From NCBI GenBank assembly GCA_951406725.2, contig OX597828.1:15004001-15068000 (forward strand): a DNA stretch of 64,000 bases, written 5' to 3'. Of this stretch, positions 61,998-64,000 are shown piece by piece. The notes under the pieces are model-generated. The model had not been told where the DNA came from and searched no databases. It saw only the letters and a list, made by a program, of their open reading frames with translations. Position numbers and translations under genes: made by a program. Each line of letters begins with the position of its first letter. Positions within the stretch are counted from its first letter, which is position 1. Origin of the DNA: Octopus vulgaris. Its lineage: Eukaryota.

Positions 61998-62672
61998 TCA
62001 TCATCATCATTTAGCGTCCGCTTTCCATGCTAGCATGGGTTGGACGGTTCAACTGGGGTCTGGGAAGCCAGAAGGCTGCACCAGGCCCAGTCTGATCTGG
62101 CAATGTTTCTACGGCTGGATGCCCTTCCTGACGCCAACCACTCCGTGAGTATAGTGGGTGCTTTTTACGTGCCACTAGCACGGGGGCCAGGCGAGGCTGG
62201 CAGCGGCCACGATCAGATGGTGCTTTTTATGTGCCACTGGCACGGATGCCCGCCGGAGCGGCGCTGGCAATGGCGACGTTCGGATGGTTTGCTTACGTGT
62301 CACCGGCACTGGTATCACAGCTACAATTTCCATTGATGTTGATAGATTTCGATTTTGATTCTGATTCTCACTTGCCTCAACAGGTCTTCACAAGTAGAGT
62401 TTTGTGTCCCAAGAAGGAAAGGTTGCATAAGTGGACTGGCTACATCCCAGGTAGAGGCCATGGGTTATGGTCTCACTTGTCCTGCCGGGTCTTCTCACGC
62501 ACAGCATACTTCCATAGGTCTCGGTCTCTAGTCATTTCCTCGGTGAGACCTAAAGTTTGAAGGTCATGCTTCACCACCTCGTCCTAGGTTTTCCTGGGTC
62601 TACCTCTTCTACAAGTTCCCTCAACCGCTAGGGTGTGACATTTTTTCACACAACTATCTTCATCAATTCTCG

Positions 62673-62676
<4 letters not shown>
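61998..62676 (-). mobile_element. RTE-clade LINE 3' end with complete 3'UTR and (GAT)n tail
   Basis: Minus-strand translation VEGTCRRGRPRKT*DEVVKHDLQTLGLTEEMTRDRDLWKYAV, contiguous with the abundant dispersed repeat. Confidence 0.88.
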
Positions 62677-62719
<43 letters not shown>

Positions 62720-62843
62720 TGCAACAAGCTTCTTTCAGTTTCTATGAATCAAATCTTCTCACAAGGCTTTGGTCAGTCTGAGGTTATAGTAGAAGACACT
62801 TGCCCAAGCAAACTTCATATCATACAGCCAGTGCTTGTCTACC

Positions 62844-62874
<31 letters not shown>

Positions 62875-63360
62875 TTGGATAGACAGACACATACACACAT
62901 ACAGTCTCACATATACATACACATATAATCTTAGCAATATGTTCCAATTTAGAACACTGTGTATAGAAACTCCCACACTAAGATAGGTAATTTGTAATTG
63001 TCAAACTTCTTGTCACTTGTCACTTGTTAAGTAAGCATCTGCAAATTATAAATTGGATGAAAGTAGTTGACTTGTCATTAAACAATGTCTGGTGATTCTC
63101 TATTTAATATCATTTACAATATATTGAATAAGTACATTATTTCAGATTTATATATTTTCAATAAGGTAACCATTAGTAGCCATAGTTACTATATTAGTTT
63201 CTTAATCTACATGGAGTATGTATGTAAACATACATATATATTGTTATATTTTAGGATGGTCATTTTTTCTTTTCTTTTCTTTTTTTTTTTTGCAAATGAA
63301 CACACATACTATACATTTGTTCTCCACTTCAGAATTATTTTATTATTGCTCTTATTTTAT

Positions 63361-63508
63361 GTAGGCGCAGGAGTAGCTTGCTTCCCAACCACATGGTTCT
63401 GGGTTCAGTCCCACTGCATGGCCTTGGGCAAGTGTCGTCTGCTATAGCCTCGGGCCGACCAAAGCCTTGTCAGTGGATTTGGTAGACGGAAACTGAAAGA
63501 AGCCTGTC

Positions 63509-63539
<31 letters not shown>

Positions 63540-63690
63540 TCCCTCCAACATCGCTTGACAACCAATGCTGGTGTGTTTACATTCTCGTAACCTAGCGGTT
63601 CGGCAAAAGAGACTGATAGAATAAGTACTAGGCTTATTTGTTTCAAAACATGATTTCACCTCAGGAATCTTACAAAACAAATAAATAAAC

Positions 63691-63739
<49 letters not shown>

Positions 63740-63800
63740 GACTAAAGGCAGTGCTTCAGCAGAGCCATAGTCAAATGACTGAAATAAGTAAAAGAATAAA
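63361..63800 (+). mobile_element. SINE family A with internal insertion and (TA)n
   Basis: Family A head and body; the tail resumes after (TA)n at 63694-63738. Confidence 0.85.
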
Positions 63801-64000
63801 AGAAAGAATAAGAATATATATATTCTTAAACAAGAATATTAATGACTGAATTTTTGACCAGCTAAGCCATCGTTGGACTGCAATGCATTGAAGTTAATCT
63901 TGGTTTTATATAGTTTCTGTTGAGTTAAAATCTTTCTTGGGTTTGTGCATTTGTTTCTCCAAAACAATTCTCTATCACAACTCACCCTACAGTCCAATTT

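Overview
AT-rich eukaryotic (animal) genomic DNA, dense in tRNA-derived SINEs, LINE 3' fragments and microsatellites. The repeat landscape resembles a coleoid cephalopod (Octopus-like) genome; this is inference from recalled repeat families. The + strand carries the last eight coding exons of a DENND6 (FAM116, Rab14 GEF) gene at 2049-17052, all with GT-AG boundaries and consistent phases. The - strand carries a single-exon 486-aa ORF (49804-51264) whose N-terminal ~110 aa align almost without gaps to the MAJIN domain of the meiotic TERB1-TERB2-MAJIN telomere-attachment complex, but which has no C-terminal membrane anchor in frame. The rest is mobile-element debris: a non-autonomous Helitron with both ends, piggyBac-type and other MITEs, Tc1, mariner and pogo remnants, RTE, CR1 and R4/Dong LINE fragments, and several SINE families. 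Several long inverted repeats lie inside DENND6 introns. Family assignments come from remembered motifs, not database searches, and repeat boundaries are approximate.
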